Positions 19,865-29,776 of a stretch of 64,000 nt of DNA are shown piece after piece. Source of the stretch: Vulcanimicrobiota bacterium (GTDB lineage Bacteria > Vulcanimicrobiota > Xenobia > Xenobiales > JADMJV01); contig JBFWNU010000002.1 in assembly GCA_050250895.1 (NCBI GenBank), positions 352,001 through 416,000 of the forward strand. Direction: 5' to 3'. Below the pieces are notes generated by a model. That model was not told the origin of the DNA and made no database searches. It saw only the letters and a list, made by a program, of their open reading frames with translations. Both the position numbers and the translations under genes were made by a program. The first letter of the stretch is position 1. Each line of letters begins with the position of its first letter.

Positions 19865-20956
19865 TTAGGCGAGGGTCCCCAGATAGCTATAGAGGGGGAC
19901 CAAAACCGAGAGCACGATGAATCCCACCACGAAAGCTACGAATCCGAGCAAGAGGGGCTCGAGTGCCGCTCCCAGGGTCTCGATCTTGAAGCCGACCTCG
20001 GTGTCGTAATAGCCGGCCACGCGACTGAACATGTCGGCCAGGTGCGAGGATTCTTCTCCGGCTTTGATCATGTGAGTCAGGGTGGTGGGATAGATGTCGG
20101 GCCTGGTGGCCATATGGTCTGAGGCTAGCGTTCCCTCCTGCAGACTTTCAGACAGCCAGCGCGCATCGGCCCGCAGCACCGGACTGCCGCTGGCGTGGGC
20201 GCTCATCCTCAGGCTGCGAGGCAGGTCGACCCCGGCATTGATGAGGGCGCTGGCGGCGGCGGCAAAGCGTGAGGTGGTGGCCAATCGCAGCATGGTTCCG
20301 AGCAACGGGATCGAACTCAAGAATCGAAAGATAGCGACTCCACCGGCCTCGGTCCGGTAGAGATCGCGGATCCCGACCAGGATGGCTGCAGCCAACGCCA
20401 GGCCTACTACCCAGGCGCCCGGGTTCTTGACCAGGTTGGTGATCAAGATCATGACCTTGGTGGTCATCGGCAGCTCGATGTCCATCTCCTGGAAGATGTT
20501 GATGAAATTGGGCAGCACCGTGTAGAAGAGGATCAGGGTCAGGGCGCAGGTTAGCATCATCACGAAGGCGGGGTAGGTGAGAGCGCCTTTCACCCGGCGA
20601 TAGAGCTTGTCGTCCGACTCTTGCCAATCCGCCAACTGCTCGAGGGCGACGTCCAGGTGACCCGTGTTCTCGCCGATGCTCACCATGGCCAGGTAGACTT
20701 TGGGAAAAATGCGAGGAAAGAGAGCCAGGCTGGCGCTGAAGTGATGACCGGACGCGACCCGTGCGGCTACCGTGCTGATTACCTCGCCGAAATTCGGGTG
20801 TTCAGGCTGGTGCGACAGGGTGTCCAACGCCACCAGAATAGGAACCCCGGTGCGGACCATCGTGGCCAGTTGGCGCGTGAACAAGATGACGATGTGGGCC
20901 GGACAGCGGACCTTGTCCATCCAGGCTTCATCGAATGTGATGCCAGACTTCCCCAA
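19865..20956 (-). CDS. pilC: type IV pilus platform protein PilC / T2SS F family
   Basis: FTRQLATMV..GVP, GENTGHL, ALTYP, GEESS, LEP. Confidence 0.9.
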   Translation of the reverse strand: MGKSGITFDEAWMDKVRCPAHIVILFTRQLATMVRTGVPILVALDTLSHQPEHPNFGEVISTVAARVASGHHFSASLALFPRIFPKVYLAMVSIGENTGHLDVALEQLADWQESDDKLYRRVKGALTYPAFVMMLTCALTLILFYTVLPNFINIFQEMDIELPMTTKVMILITNLVKNPGAWVVGLALAAAILVGIRDLYRTEAGGVAIFRFLSSIPLLGTMLRLATTSRFAAAASALINAGVDLPRSLRMSAHASGSPVLRADARWLSESLQEGTLASDHMATRPDIYPTTLTHMIKAGEESSHLADMFSRVAGYYDTEVGFKIETLGAALEPLLLGFVAFVVGFIVLSVLVPLYSYLGTLA

Positions 20957-21046
20957 ACAAATCTCCTGCCAGCAATACTATACAAAAACTAGGCCCGAAC
21001 TCCTTTTCTGCAGGTTGGGCAGGGGCTTCGGGCGAACCTTTTCAGC

Positions 21047-22165
21047 GTGAAAAAAATTCGTGTAGCAGTAATTTTTGGTGGGCGTTCGGGCGAGCACGAA
21101 GTGTCCATCATGTCCGCCCGCTCGGTATTAGCCCACCTCGACCCTCAGCGCTATGAGGTGGTTCCTCTAGCGATTTCGCGAGCGGGGCGTTGGTTGCCTC
21201 CCGTGGCGGCCCGAGCAGCCCTCGAGGCCGGGGTGGCCGAGTCGGATTCGGCCGGGTTGACACTTTCGCCTGGCAGTGGGGGTCAGGCGCTGGTGCCGGC
21301 CCAGGCTTCTGAAGAGCCAGTCGAGACGATCGACGTCGTTTTTCCCGTCTTGCACGGCCCCTATGGCGAAGACGGCACGATCCAGGGTCTGCTCGAGATG
21401 ACCGGGCTGCCTTACGTCGGGGCGGGCGTGCTTTCGTCGGCTGTGGGGATGGACAAGGCCATCATGAAGGCGATCTGGCAATCGGCCGGGCTGCCCCTGT
21501 TGCCCTCGACCGAACTGCTGCGCTCGCGCTGGCAACTCGAGCGCGAGACCATTTTGACCGAACTCGAGCAGATGCCCGGGCTCACCTGTTTCGTCAAACC
21601 CTGCAATCTAGGCTCGAGCGTGGGTATCAGCAAAGCCCGAGACCGGCAAGAACTGGCCCGGGCCATTGACCTGGCCTGTCGTTTCGACCGCAAGATCCTG
21701 ATCGAAAAGGCGGTCGAGAATCCTCGCGAGATCGAGTTGGCCGTGTTGGGGAACGATTTTCCCGAGGTGTCGGTGCCGGGCGAGATCATCCACGGTCAAG
21801 ACTTCTACGACTATGAAAGCAAGTATTTCAAGACCGATGGTCAGGTCACGCAGATTCCGGCTGACCTGCCCGCTGACACCGTCCAAGAACTGCAGCAGCT
21901 GGCCCTGCGGGCCTACCGCGCCCTGGACCTGTCAGGGCTTTCTCGGGTCGACTTCTTGATGGATGCCGAGGGGAGGGTCTATCTCAACGAGGTCAATACT
22001 CTGCCCGGATTTACGCCGATTTCGATGTATCCCCGCCTGTGGGAGGCCAGTGGGCTACCTTATCCCCAACTGCTCGACCGGCTCATCGAATTGGCGCTCG
22101 AGCGATTCCAGGACCGCGAGGCCAACCAATCTCGGCCGATCCTGTCCTCTACCACTCCTTCGTGA
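21047..22165 (+). CDS. ddl: D-alanine--D-alanine ligase
   Basis: GGRSGEHEVS, LHGPYGEDG, GSSVG, NEVNTLPGFT. Confidence 0.97.
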   Translation: MKKIRVAVIFGGRSGEHEVSIMSARSVLAHLDPQRYEVVPLAISRAGRWLPPVAARAALEAGVAESDSAGLTLSPGSGGQALVPAQASEEPVETIDVVFPVLHGPYGEDGTIQGLLEMTGLPYVGAGVLSSAVGMDKAIMKAIWQSAGLPLLPSTELLRSRWQLERETILTELEQMPGLTCFVKPCNLGSSVGISKARDRQELARAIDLACRFDRKILIEKAVENPREIELAVLGNDFPEVSVPGEIIHGQDFYDYESKYFKTDGQVTQIPADLPADTVQELQQLALRAYRALDLSGLSRVDFLMDAEGRVYLNEVNTLPGFTPISMYPRLWEASGLPYPQLLDRLIELALERFQDREANQSRPILSSTTPS

Positions 22166-23186
22166 TCAGCTTGCGCTGGGCCTGAAGAGCCAGGTTGACC
22201 AGGTTCTGGAAGGTTCCCACGCGGCGGTCGACAGCCAGTTGCATGGTGACGGCCTGGTCGGGGAAGTAAGCCACCAGGATGGAAATCTCCTGGGGGGGGG
22301 TCGTAGCCGGCTTGGCCTCGGCCGGGACCTCGAGGGATTTGAGTTCTGGTCTCTTCGCCTCGAGAGTGGTGGGGATCGACTGAAAGGCCGGGGCCCCCGC
22401 CGCGTCCGTGCGCCCCGGGTCGAGCAGATCCGGTCTGGCCGGGCCCACCGTCGGAATCTCGTCAAAAGGCCGCGCGTTCGGACTGGGGGCCGGTGCGGCC
22501 GGCTCGGGCTGCTCGGGTTGAGGCGCGGCGATTTCAAGGTGGGTCAAGAAGGCGTCGGCGCCGATGCCCTCGATGCGCTCACGATCGGGGGCAGCCGCCC
22601 GCAGGGCCATGAACGCATCCTCGGCTCGAAAGCTGGTGGTGCCGCCGAACAGCGAGATCTCGAAGAATTCTTCACCGTTCTCGCTGTAGCGGGCCTGGGA
22701 AAAGGCGGTCGGTGTCTCGAAGTCACGCGGAACCAGGCGTTCGGCGGCAGTCACCACGCGGGGTCGCAGCAAAGCCGACGGTTTGGCCGTGTCCGGAGTC
22801 AGGCTCGACCAGACATCGGGAGTCGCCTCGGGACGTTCCTCGGCCGCCGCTAACTGGGCCCGAACCTCTTCCGGCAGTTCTCTGGGCAGGGCCGGATTGA
22901 GGTCGGCGAACGGAGGCAGGGTCCATTGGGCCGGAGGAGCCACCGTGCGCTGGTTGGACTCGGGAGCCACCGCGATGCCCTCGAGCGGTGGTCCGCTGAC
23001 CTCGAGTAGCGAAGGATTCTGGCTCGAGGCGTCGCGCAGACGCTGCTTGCAGTTGGTGATCTCTCGCACGTCACCCCGTTCGATCAGCCGACCGGCAAGA
23101 TCGGGCGGGTAGCGCAAGGCGGAGTCCTGGGCCCAGGCGCCAAGACCGGTCAAGAGAATTAAGGCGATCAACCATCCACGCATCAT
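22149..23186 (-). CDS. secreted Pro-rich hypothetical protein
   Basis: Signal peptide MMRGWLIALILLTGLGAWA|Q. Confidence 0.72.
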   Translation of the reverse strand: MMRGWLIALILLTGLGAWAQDSALRYPPDLAGRLIERGDVREITNCKQRLRDASSQNPSLLEVSGPPLEGIAVAPESNQRTVAPPAQWTLPPFADLNPALPRELPEEVRAQLAAAEERPEATPDVWSSLTPDTAKPSALLRPRVVTAAERLVPRDFETPTAFSQARYSENGEEFFEISLFGGTTSFRAEDAFMALRAAAPDRERIEGIGADAFLTHLEIAAPQPEQPEPAAPAPSPNARPFDEIPTVGPARPDLLDPGRTDAAGAPAFQSIPTTLEAKRPELKSLEVPAEAKPATTPPQEISILVAYFPDQAVTMQLAVDRRVGTFQNLVNLALQAQRKLITKEW

Positions 23187-23230
23187 TTCTGGCCTCTTAT
23201 GCTCCTCTTTGGAGAATTCCTCTGGAACAC

Positions 23231-23260
23231 AAAAAGACCCGGCCCTCGGGACGGGTCTTC
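23231..23260 (-). terminator. intrinsic terminator following the putative 6S RNA
   Basis: Minus strand AAGACCCG...CGGGTCTTTTT. Confidence 0.8.
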
Positions 23261-23435
23261 CAGGATGCTGTCGCCGCGTCTCAGCCACCTACCACGGCTC
23301 CCGCCGACACTAGTTCGGCACTCCATCGAGCACTCATCGCACTCACAGCACGCAGGTAAGATACTGCTCCGGGGGGGCTGAATGATGAACAGGTTGTTAA
23401 AGCGGGGCAAAAGTCCCTAACGTGAGCATCCCCTG
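23261..23435 (-). ncRNA. ssrS: probable 6S RNA
   Basis: ~175-nt rod folded by eye: GGAUGCU/AGCAUCC, UUUGCC/GGUAGG, GCUUU/GGAGC, central bubble with 3'-side hairpin GCCGA..UCGGC, CAUUC/GAGUG, GAGCA/UGCUC, CUUAC/GUGAG; terminator directly downstream. Confidence 0.65.
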
Positions 23436-23479
23436 ACGGCGCAGGGGAGCCCCCACCGGCGCCCCGAAAGCCCTTTCCC

Positions 23480-24859
23480 ATGATGAAGTTGCGCTTTCTT
23501 GGGGCGGCCGGGACCGTGACCGGCTCGAAATACTTGATCGAGACCCGGGGCCACCGGTTCATGATCGACTGCGGCCTCTTTCAGGGCGAGAAAGAGATTC
23601 GGGCCCGCAACTGGCAAGAGCTACCCATCGACCCCACCGGCGTCGAGGCGGTGGTGCTCACCCACGCTCACATCGACCATACCGGCTACCTACCTCGCTT
23701 CACCCGCGATGGTTTTGACGGCCCCATTCATTGCACCGACGGCACCAAAGAGTTGACCGAGTTGCTGCTTCGCGATTCGGCTCGCTTGCAAGAAGAGCAA
23801 GCCAACTTCATGAACCGTAAGCGCCTGTCGAAGCACAAGCCGGCTCTGCCGCTGTATTCGATCGTCGACGCCGAAGACTGTCTGCGCCACCTCGAGTCCC
23901 ATCCCTATCACCAGCCTTTCGAAGTCGTGCCCGGAGTCACGGTGACCTACTCTGACGCTGGACACATCCTCGGTTCCGCCTGGTTGGCGCTCGACATCGG
24001 CCCCCACCGTATCGTGTTTTCGGGCGACCTGGGCCGGCGCGAGGCCCCGATCCTACGCGATCCCGAGCCACCCGGCCGAGCCGACTACCTGATTCTCGAA
24101 TCGACCTATGGCGATCGTCTGCACGGCGAGCACGACATCGAAGGCAACCTGATGCAAATCATCCGCCGCACCGTCGACCGCCGCGGGGTGCTGGTCATAC
24201 CGGCTTTCGCCGTCGAGCGCACCCAGGAGATTCTCTATATTCTCAACGGCCTGGCACGCAGCCACGGCATGCCGCGCATCCAGGTCTTCATCGACTCGCC
24301 GATGGCGGTGCGGGCCACCCGAACCTTCCGCAAGTTCCCTCAGTATTACGACGAAGAGGCGTTCGCCCGGGTGGCCAACGGCGACGATTTGCTCGATTTT
24401 CCCAATCTCAAGTTGTGCGAGTCGGTGGCCGAGTCGAAGGCGATCCTCAATTATAAGCCGCCCTTCATCGTCATCTCGGCCAGCGGCATGGCCACCGGCG
24501 GTCGCATCCTCCATCACCTCAGGAATTATCTTCCTGATGCCCGCAACCAGGTGCTGCTGGTTGGTTATCAGTCGGTGGGGTCGCGTGGCTGGCGATTGCA
24601 GAATGGCGAGGACCGCATCAAGATTTTCGGCGAGTGGGTGCCAGTCAAAGCCTCGGTCGACAAGCTCGAGGGCTTTTCCGGCCACGCCGACTACGAGGAA
24701 ATCGATCTCTGGCTCCAGGGGCTCGAAGGAACCCCGCAAACGACCTTTCTCACCCACGGCGACCCTTCCGCCCTCGAGGCTCAGCGAGCGCGTCTGGCCG
24801 GTCGCGGCTGGCACGTGGTCGTCCCAGAGCATCTTCAAGAAGTGGAACTGCCCCTGTGA
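23480..24859 (+). CDS. MBL-fold beta-CASP ribonuclease (Ysh1/TTHA0252-like)
   Basis: GAAGTVTGS, THAHIDH, AGHILGS, ESTYG, SGHAD. Confidence 0.93.
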   Translation: MMKLRFLGAAGTVTGSKYLIETRGHRFMIDCGLFQGEKEIRARNWQELPIDPTGVEAVVLTHAHIDHTGYLPRFTRDGFDGPIHCTDGTKELTELLLRDSARLQEEQANFMNRKRLSKHKPALPLYSIVDAEDCLRHLESHPYHQPFEVVPGVTVTYSDAGHILGSAWLALDIGPHRIVFSGDLGRREAPILRDPEPPGRADYLILESTYGDRLHGEHDIEGNLMQIIRRTVDRRGVLVIPAFAVERTQEILYILNGLARSHGMPRIQVFIDSPMAVRATRTFRKFPQYYDEEAFARVANGDDLLDFPNLKLCESVAESKAILNYKPPFIVISASGMATGGRILHHLRNYLPDARNQVLLVGYQSVGSRGWRLQNGEDRIKIFGEWVPVKASVDKLEGFSGHADYEEIDLWLQGLEGTPQTTFLTHGDPSALEAQRARLAGRGWHVVVPEHLQEVELPL

Positions 24860-25674
24860 TCTTCTTTGGCGCCCAACCTCCGGGACCCAATTCGGGTTGC
24901 CATCTCTATGGTTTGCCCTTCGAATCACCCGGTGATTGCCGGGGCGGGGCCTCGGCCGGCACCCGCTCGGTGCGCGAAGCCTCGTCTTTGCTCGAGACCT
25001 ACGTGCCGCGCTACGGGCGCGATTTTCTCGACCTGAAGGTGGCCGATCACGGCGATCTCGACTGCTCGAGCTTTGACCAGATGCGCGCCAGCCTCGAGCA
25101 AATCGAGCCCCGACCCATCTTCCTGGGCGGCGACCACACGATCGCCGAGGCCACGGTCGAGGCGGTGGCTCGCGCTCACCCCGACCTGGTGGTACTGACT
25201 TTTGATGCCCATCTCGATGCCTTCGATGTCTATGAGGGCGACCGGCATGCCCACGCCACCTGGGTTCGCCGGGTGGGCGAGCAGCTGGGCCGTGGACGCG
25301 TCTGGGTGATCGGTATTCGGGCCTATACCCGCGAGGAAGAGGACTACGTTCGCCACCACCAGCGCATGCTGCCCCTCCACGAGGTCGACCTCGAGACGGC
25401 TACGCGGGCGGCCGTGGCCGAGATCGGCGACCGGCCCGTCTACATCAGCATCGATGTCGATGTGCTCGATCCCGCCTATGCGCCCGGCGTGGGCAACCCC
25501 GAAGGGCTGGGAGCCACCAACCGTGAGCTGTGGAAGGCAATCGAACTGTGCGCTGGCCTGAACGTCGTAGCCTTCGACGTGCTCGAGGTCATCCCCCGAC
25601 TCGACACCAGCCTGCGCACCTCGGTCATCGCCGCCGAACTCCTCCGCGATTGCAGCCTTCTCTGGTATAGCTAG
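24856..25674 (+). CDS. speB: agmatinase
   Basis: GGDH, DAHLD, SIDVDVLDP..APG; GTG overlaps the upstream TGA; next to speE. Confidence 0.88.
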   Translation: MIFFGAQPPGPNSGCHLYGLPFESPGDCRGGASAGTRSVREASSLLETYVPRYGRDFLDLKVADHGDLDCSSFDQMRASLEQIEPRPIFLGGDHTIAEATVEAVARAHPDLVVLTFDAHLDAFDVYEGDRHAHATWVRRVGEQLGRGRVWVIGIRAYTREEEDYVRHHQRMLPLHEVDLETATRAAVAEIGDRPVYISIDVDVLDPAYAPGVGNPEGLGATNRELWKAIELCAGLNVVAFDVLEVIPRLDTSLRTSVIAAELLRDCSLLWYS

Positions 25675-25691
25675 CGGCCTCCGGGCCCCTG

Positions 25692-25772
25692 GGAGCTCTC
25701 CCCGTCGGCCACAGGCCGACATCTCCGCGCGTAGCGCACGGCTCCTTTTCCCGGCGCAGCCGCTCCCGGGGG
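25692..25772. repeat. short mini-hairpin cluster related to family A, opposite orientation
   Basis: GTCGGCC-ACA-GGCCGAC, GCGC-GTA-GCGC, CGGC-GCA-GCCG with GCTCC linkers. Confidence 0.55.
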
Positions 25773-25806
25773 GGATAAGTCCGGACGATGGCGTATTGGC
25801 CGCGCT

Positions 25807-26664
25807 ATGGATTTGTGGTTTACCGAAGACTATCACGACGGCTGGGAACTCTCGGTTAGGGTCAACGAGGTGTTGGTTACCGAGACCAGTCCTTATCAGC
25901 GCATCGACATTCTCCAAACCCGAGACTTCGGGCGGATGCTGGTGCTCGACGGCAAGGTGCAGGCCTGCGAACTCGACGAGTTCATCTATCACGAGATGAT
26001 GGCTCACGTAACCCTATTGACCCATCCCAATCCCCGTCGGGTGTTGGTGGCCGGGGGCGGCGATGGGGGAGCCATGCGCGAGGTCATGCGCCATCCCAGC
26101 GTCGAGCGCGGCGTGCTGGTGGATATCGACGAGCGGGTTATTCAGCTGTGCAACCAGTTCATGCCAACTCTCTCTGAGGGCCTGGCCAGAGAGCCCCGGC
26201 TGGTGACCGCCCCGGCCGATGCGGCCGAGTATCTGCGCAAGGCTCGTGACCTGGATGTCATCCTGGTCGACTCGAGCGACCCGGTGGGTCCCTCCGAGGC
26301 GCTCTTTCAGATGGATTTCTATCGCAGCCTCAAGAACGCCCTGGCTCCCGGCGGCATGGTCTGCCTACAGGCGGGCTCGCCCTTCTTCTATCGCGACCAG
26401 ATCGTGACGATGGTGCGCCAGTTGCGCGAGGTCTTTCCGGTGGTGCGACTGGGTATCATTCCGGTGCCTACCTATCCCAGTGGTAACTGGTGTTTGGCTT
26501 TCGCTTCGCTAGAGACCGATCCGGGCTCCATCGACGCTGGCCTGCTCGAGCGTCGTCAGCGCGAGCGCGGCTTCACCACCCGCTACTACACCCCCCAGAT
26601 GCATCACGCCGCCATGGTCCTGCCGCCGTTTTTGAGCGAGCGTCTCGAGCCGGTGCCGGTCTGA
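25807..26664 (+). CDS. speE: polyamine aminopropyltransferase (spermidine synthase)
   Basis: LVLDG, YHEMM.H, GGGDGG, DSSDP, PTYPSG. Confidence 0.95.
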   Translation: MDLWFTEDYHDGWELSVRVNEVLVTETSPYQRIDILQTRDFGRMLVLDGKVQACELDEFIYHEMMAHVTLLTHPNPRRVLVAGGGDGGAMREVMRHPSVERGVLVDIDERVIQLCNQFMPTLSEGLAREPRLVTAPADAAEYLRKARDLDVILVDSSDPVGPSEALFQMDFYRSLKNALAPGGMVCLQAGSPFFYRDQIVTMVRQLREVFPVVRLGIIPVPTYPSGNWCLAFASLETDPGSIDAGLLERRQRERGFTTRYYTPQMHHAAMVLPPFLSERLEPVPV

Positions 26665-27191
26665 GTATCGATTGGGTCATTCTCGACCGTGACGGGACCA
26701 TTATCCACGACCGGCACTATCTGAGTGATCCGGCTCTGGTCGAGTTCTTGCCCGGGGCCGTCGAGGGATTGACCCGGTTGAAGCAGTTGGGGCTGCCCCT
26801 GGTGGTGGTGACCAACCAGTCTGGCCTCGGCCGGGGCTATTTCAACCAGCAGGCCTTCGAAGCCGTGCACGCCCGCTTCGAGGCTTTGCTGGCCGAGCAA
26901 GACCTGAGCCTGGCCGGCATGTTTTATTGCCCGCATCATCCCCAGGCGGATTGTCCGTGCCGTAAGCCGGCCCCCGGGCTGGGGCTCGAGGCTGCCCGCC
27001 AATTGGGGCTGACGCCCGAGCGGGCCCTGGTGGTGGGCGATAAAGAGTCGGATGTCGAATTTGGACGCAACCTGGGGGCGGCCATGACTTGCCTGGTGGG
27101 GTCCGGGCCCAGCCAGGCCGATCATTGCGTGAGCGACTTAGGTGCGCTGGCCGCTCTGATTGACGCGCGGGCCGGGCACGACCGGGTCTGA
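26661..27191 (+). CDS. gmhB: D-glycero-D-manno-heptose-1,7-bisphosphate phosphatase (HAD IIIA)
   Basis: LDRDGTI, VTNQSG, CPHHP...CPCRKP, VGDK.SD; probable CTG start. Confidence 0.88.
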   Translation: MSIDWVILDRDGTIIHDRHYLSDPALVEFLPGAVEGLTRLKQLGLPLVVVTNQSGLGRGYFNQQAFEAVHARFEALLAEQDLSLAGMFYCPHHPQADCPCRKPAPGLGLEAARQLGLTPERALVVGDKESDVEFGRNLGAAMTCLVGSGPSQADHCVSDLGALAALIDARAGHDRV

Positions 27192-29222
27192 ATAAATCCA
27201 CTCTCCGCGCACCACTTCGACCACGTAGATCGGGCGGGCTTCGAGTACCTGACCCGGTGAGAACTTGCCGGTAACTCCTTCGGAGACGGTGGTGCGCATG
27301 ACCTGACCGAGGGTCTTGGGATCGGTACCCTGCTCTTCGAGCAAGCGAGCCACCATTTCCAGGGCGTCATAAGCCTGAGCGGCCCGGATCGAGGGGATGC
27401 GGTTGGCGAACATCCGCTTGTATTCTTCGAGGAACGGTCCGGGGACAGGCTTGAACTGGGTGGTGATGACCACCCCCTCGGGAGCGTCGGGCTCGAAAGG
27501 AGCGATCTCGGTGGCGATGGCCGGGTCGAGCCCCTCCTCGCGCACCTTGCGCACAATCTCGCGCACCAGACCGCCGCGATAGTCCGACACGAACAGCAGC
27601 TTGGGAGGGTCAGCCACCAGCGCCGCGACGCAAGGCGCGAAATCCTGGTCGCGATAGCCCAGCTCGCGGTCGAGCTTGCCGCCGCCGAGCTCGAACTGCT
27701 GCACGAATTCATCGGCCATGCTGCGACAGACCACGTCTTGCTCGTTGAAGACCACCGAGACCTGCTCGAATCCCTCGCGCCGGAAGTGGTCCGCCAGGGC
27801 CCGCACGCGCCGGGTGTCGGGGTCGGCCGTCGAAAAGACGTAGGGCCCGGCGTCAAACACCCGGGGGTCCGAAGAAACCGGGGTCAATAGAGGCACCTGA
27901 GCGTTGTTGAAAAGCTGGGCCACGGCCAGGGTGTGCTGGGAGGAGTACATCCCCAGGCAGAGGGGATAAGCCTTGTCGCGCAAGATGGTCTGGGCGTAGC
28001 TGATTGCCTTGTCGACCTGAGCCTGGTCATTGAAGACGTCGAGCACCACCGGCAACCCGCGCACACCGCCCCGGCGGTTGATCTCGGCCTGGGCCAGGGC
28101 ATAGCCGTAGAGCAACTCGTAGCCTCCGCCGGCCCGGTCGGTCAGGGTCGTGACCACGGGGATCTTCTGATACTTCTGCCCGGCCACCCGGGCATAGCCG
28201 TTCTGCAGCAAGATATGGGCCAGGCCGTCGAGGGGGTCGCGGGTGACCAGGTCGTTGAGGATGGCGATGGCCTCTTCATACTCGCCCCGGGCCAGCAAGA
28301 GTTCGGCCCGGTCGCGGTCGGCCGCCCCGGGCGAGGCGAAGCTGGAGGAGTCCTTGTGCTGGCGGTTGAGCCAGAGGGCCGCCCCCAGCACCAGGCCGAC
28401 CAGCAGGATGGCTCCGAGGAGCAAGGGCACCCGGCGGGGCAGCCGCCGCTGAGCCCGGGCCCCGGCCAGCAACTCTTCGAGCCGTAAGGTGACCGAATCA
28501 GCACTGGGAAAGCGTTTCTCTGGCTTGGGCTCGAGGCAGCGCTCGACCAGAGCGACGGTGCCGCGGGACAGCTGCGGGGCCAGTCTGGACAGGTTGTTGT
28601 GACCGGTCGGATTGGGAGCTTTGCCGGTCAGGGCGAAAAAGAGCGTGGCTCCGAGTGAATAGAGATCCGAGCGGGGGTCCTCGGAACCGCCCTCCAGGTG
28701 CTGCTCGGGCGGGGTAAAGGCCACCGCACCGCGCGATTGGGTGCCTCTCTGGCCCGGCTCGAGGTAGCGGGCCAGACCGAAGTCCACCAGCTTGATATGG
28801 CGGTCGGGAGTCACGATCACCCGCTCGGGGCGAAGGTCGCGAAAAAGAACCGGCTTGGGCAGGCTGTGCAGATAACCGAGCACACGAGAGATCTGCACCG
28901 CCCAGCGCAGGGCCTCGAATTCGTTGATCGGACCCTCTTTAGCCACCGTGGTGGTCAGGTTCTCGCCCTCGACGAATTCGAGCACCAGAAAATTCTCGTC
29001 GTTTTCGGCGAAGTGGTCGATGACGGCCGGCAAGTTGCGGTGACGCAGTCCGAGCATGATCTCGACCTCGCGCCCCAGGGCCGGGCCCGAGGTCATCTTT
29101 TTGACAGCCCACTGCTTGCCGGGAAGATGCAAGTCTTTGCACAGGTGAACGCTACCCGTCTCGCCCTGGCCCAGGTATTCGAGCACCTCGTAGCGGCCCT
29201 GCAAGATGCGCCCCGTTTCCAT
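27138..29222 (-). CDS. Hanks-type Ser/Thr kinase, TM, TPR and extracytoplasmic LivJ-like solute-binding domain
   Basis: GQGETGSV, AVKK, RDLRPE, DFG, PPEQ, DLYSLG; C-terminal AQAEINRRGG, AQAYDA. Confidence 0.9.
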   Translation of the reverse strand: METGRILQGRYEVLEYLGQGETGSVHLCKDLHLPGKQWAVKKMTSGPALGREVEIMLGLRHRNLPAVIDHFAENDENFLVLEFVEGENLTTTVAKEGPINEFEALRWAVQISRVLGYLHSLPKPVLFRDLRPERVIVTPDRHIKLVDFGLARYLEPGQRGTQSRGAVAFTPPEQHLEGGSEDPRSDLYSLGATLFFALTGKAPNPTGHNNLSRLAPQLSRGTVALVERCLEPKPEKRFPSADSVTLRLEELLAGARAQRRLPRRVPLLLGAILLVGLVLGAALWLNRQHKDSSSFASPGAADRDRAELLLARGEYEEAIAILNDLVTRDPLDGLAHILLQNGYARVAGQKYQKIPVVTTLTDRAGGGYELLYGYALAQAEINRRGGVRGLPVVLDVFNDQAQVDKAISYAQTILRDKAYPLCLGMYSSQHTLAVAQLFNNAQVPLLTPVSSDPRVFDAGPYVFSTADPDTRRVRALADHFRREGFEQVSVVFNEQDVVCRSMADEFVQQFELGGGKLDRELGYRDQDFAPCVAALVADPPKLLFVSDYRGGLVREIVRKVREEGLDPAIATEIAPFEPDAPEGVVITTQFKPVPGPFLEEYKRMFANRIPSIRAAQAYDALEMVARLLEEQGTDPKTLGQVMRTTVSEGVTGKFSPGQVLEARPIYVVEVVRGEWIYSDPVVPGPRVNQSGQRT

Positions 29223-29776
29223 CAAGCGGTCAGTTCTCCATAGAGCCAGCAGCCAGGCGCGTCGGCGTCGTCACCGAGGTGAAACTCGGCCGCCAGTTGC
29301 AGCGCCTCGTCCCACGAGATATGTCCGTCGCCATTGAGATCCAGCCTGGAGAAGATGGTGTCGACATCTTCGCTCAGGCCGTGAGCCTCTAGAAAGGTCT
29401 GATAGTCGGCCTTGCAGATCCGTCCGTCCGAGTCGATATCGAGGGCCTCGAACAGGGCTCGGGCGAACTGCTCGAACCAGGCCGGTACCGAGTCGCTGGT
29501 GGGCAGTTGCTGGTAGAAATTTTCCCAGGTAGTGAGCCACTCGGTTTGGGTGACCATGCCGTCGCCATTGATGTCGGCGGTCGATTGCAACGATTCCCAA
29601 TTCTTGGCCAACATGGTCTGCAGCCGCTGATAGTCGGGATGGTCCTGGCCCCAGCCTCGACGCTGGCTCAAGAACTCGAGCACGCGGCGATAGTCCTCTA
29701 GTTCGATGACCCCGTTGCCGTCGACATCGGTAACCGCGAACAGCTTCAACAGTTTGCGCCGGCGCAGAGGGCTCAC
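29222..29776 (-). CDS. EF-hand calcium-binding protein (calerythrin-like)
   Basis: Four loops DVDGNGVIE, DINGDGMVT, DIDSDGRIC, DLNGDGHIS; GTG overlaps the trmB stop. Confidence 0.9.
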   Translation of the reverse strand: MSPLRRRKLLKLFAVTDVDGNGVIELEDYRRVLEFLSQRRGWGQDHPDYQRLQTMLAKNWESLQSTADINGDGMVTQTEWLTTWENFYQQLPTSDSVPAWFEQFARALFEALDIDSDGRICKADYQTFLEAHGLSEDVDTIFSRLDLNGDGHISWDEALQLAAEFHLGDDADAPGCWLYGELTA

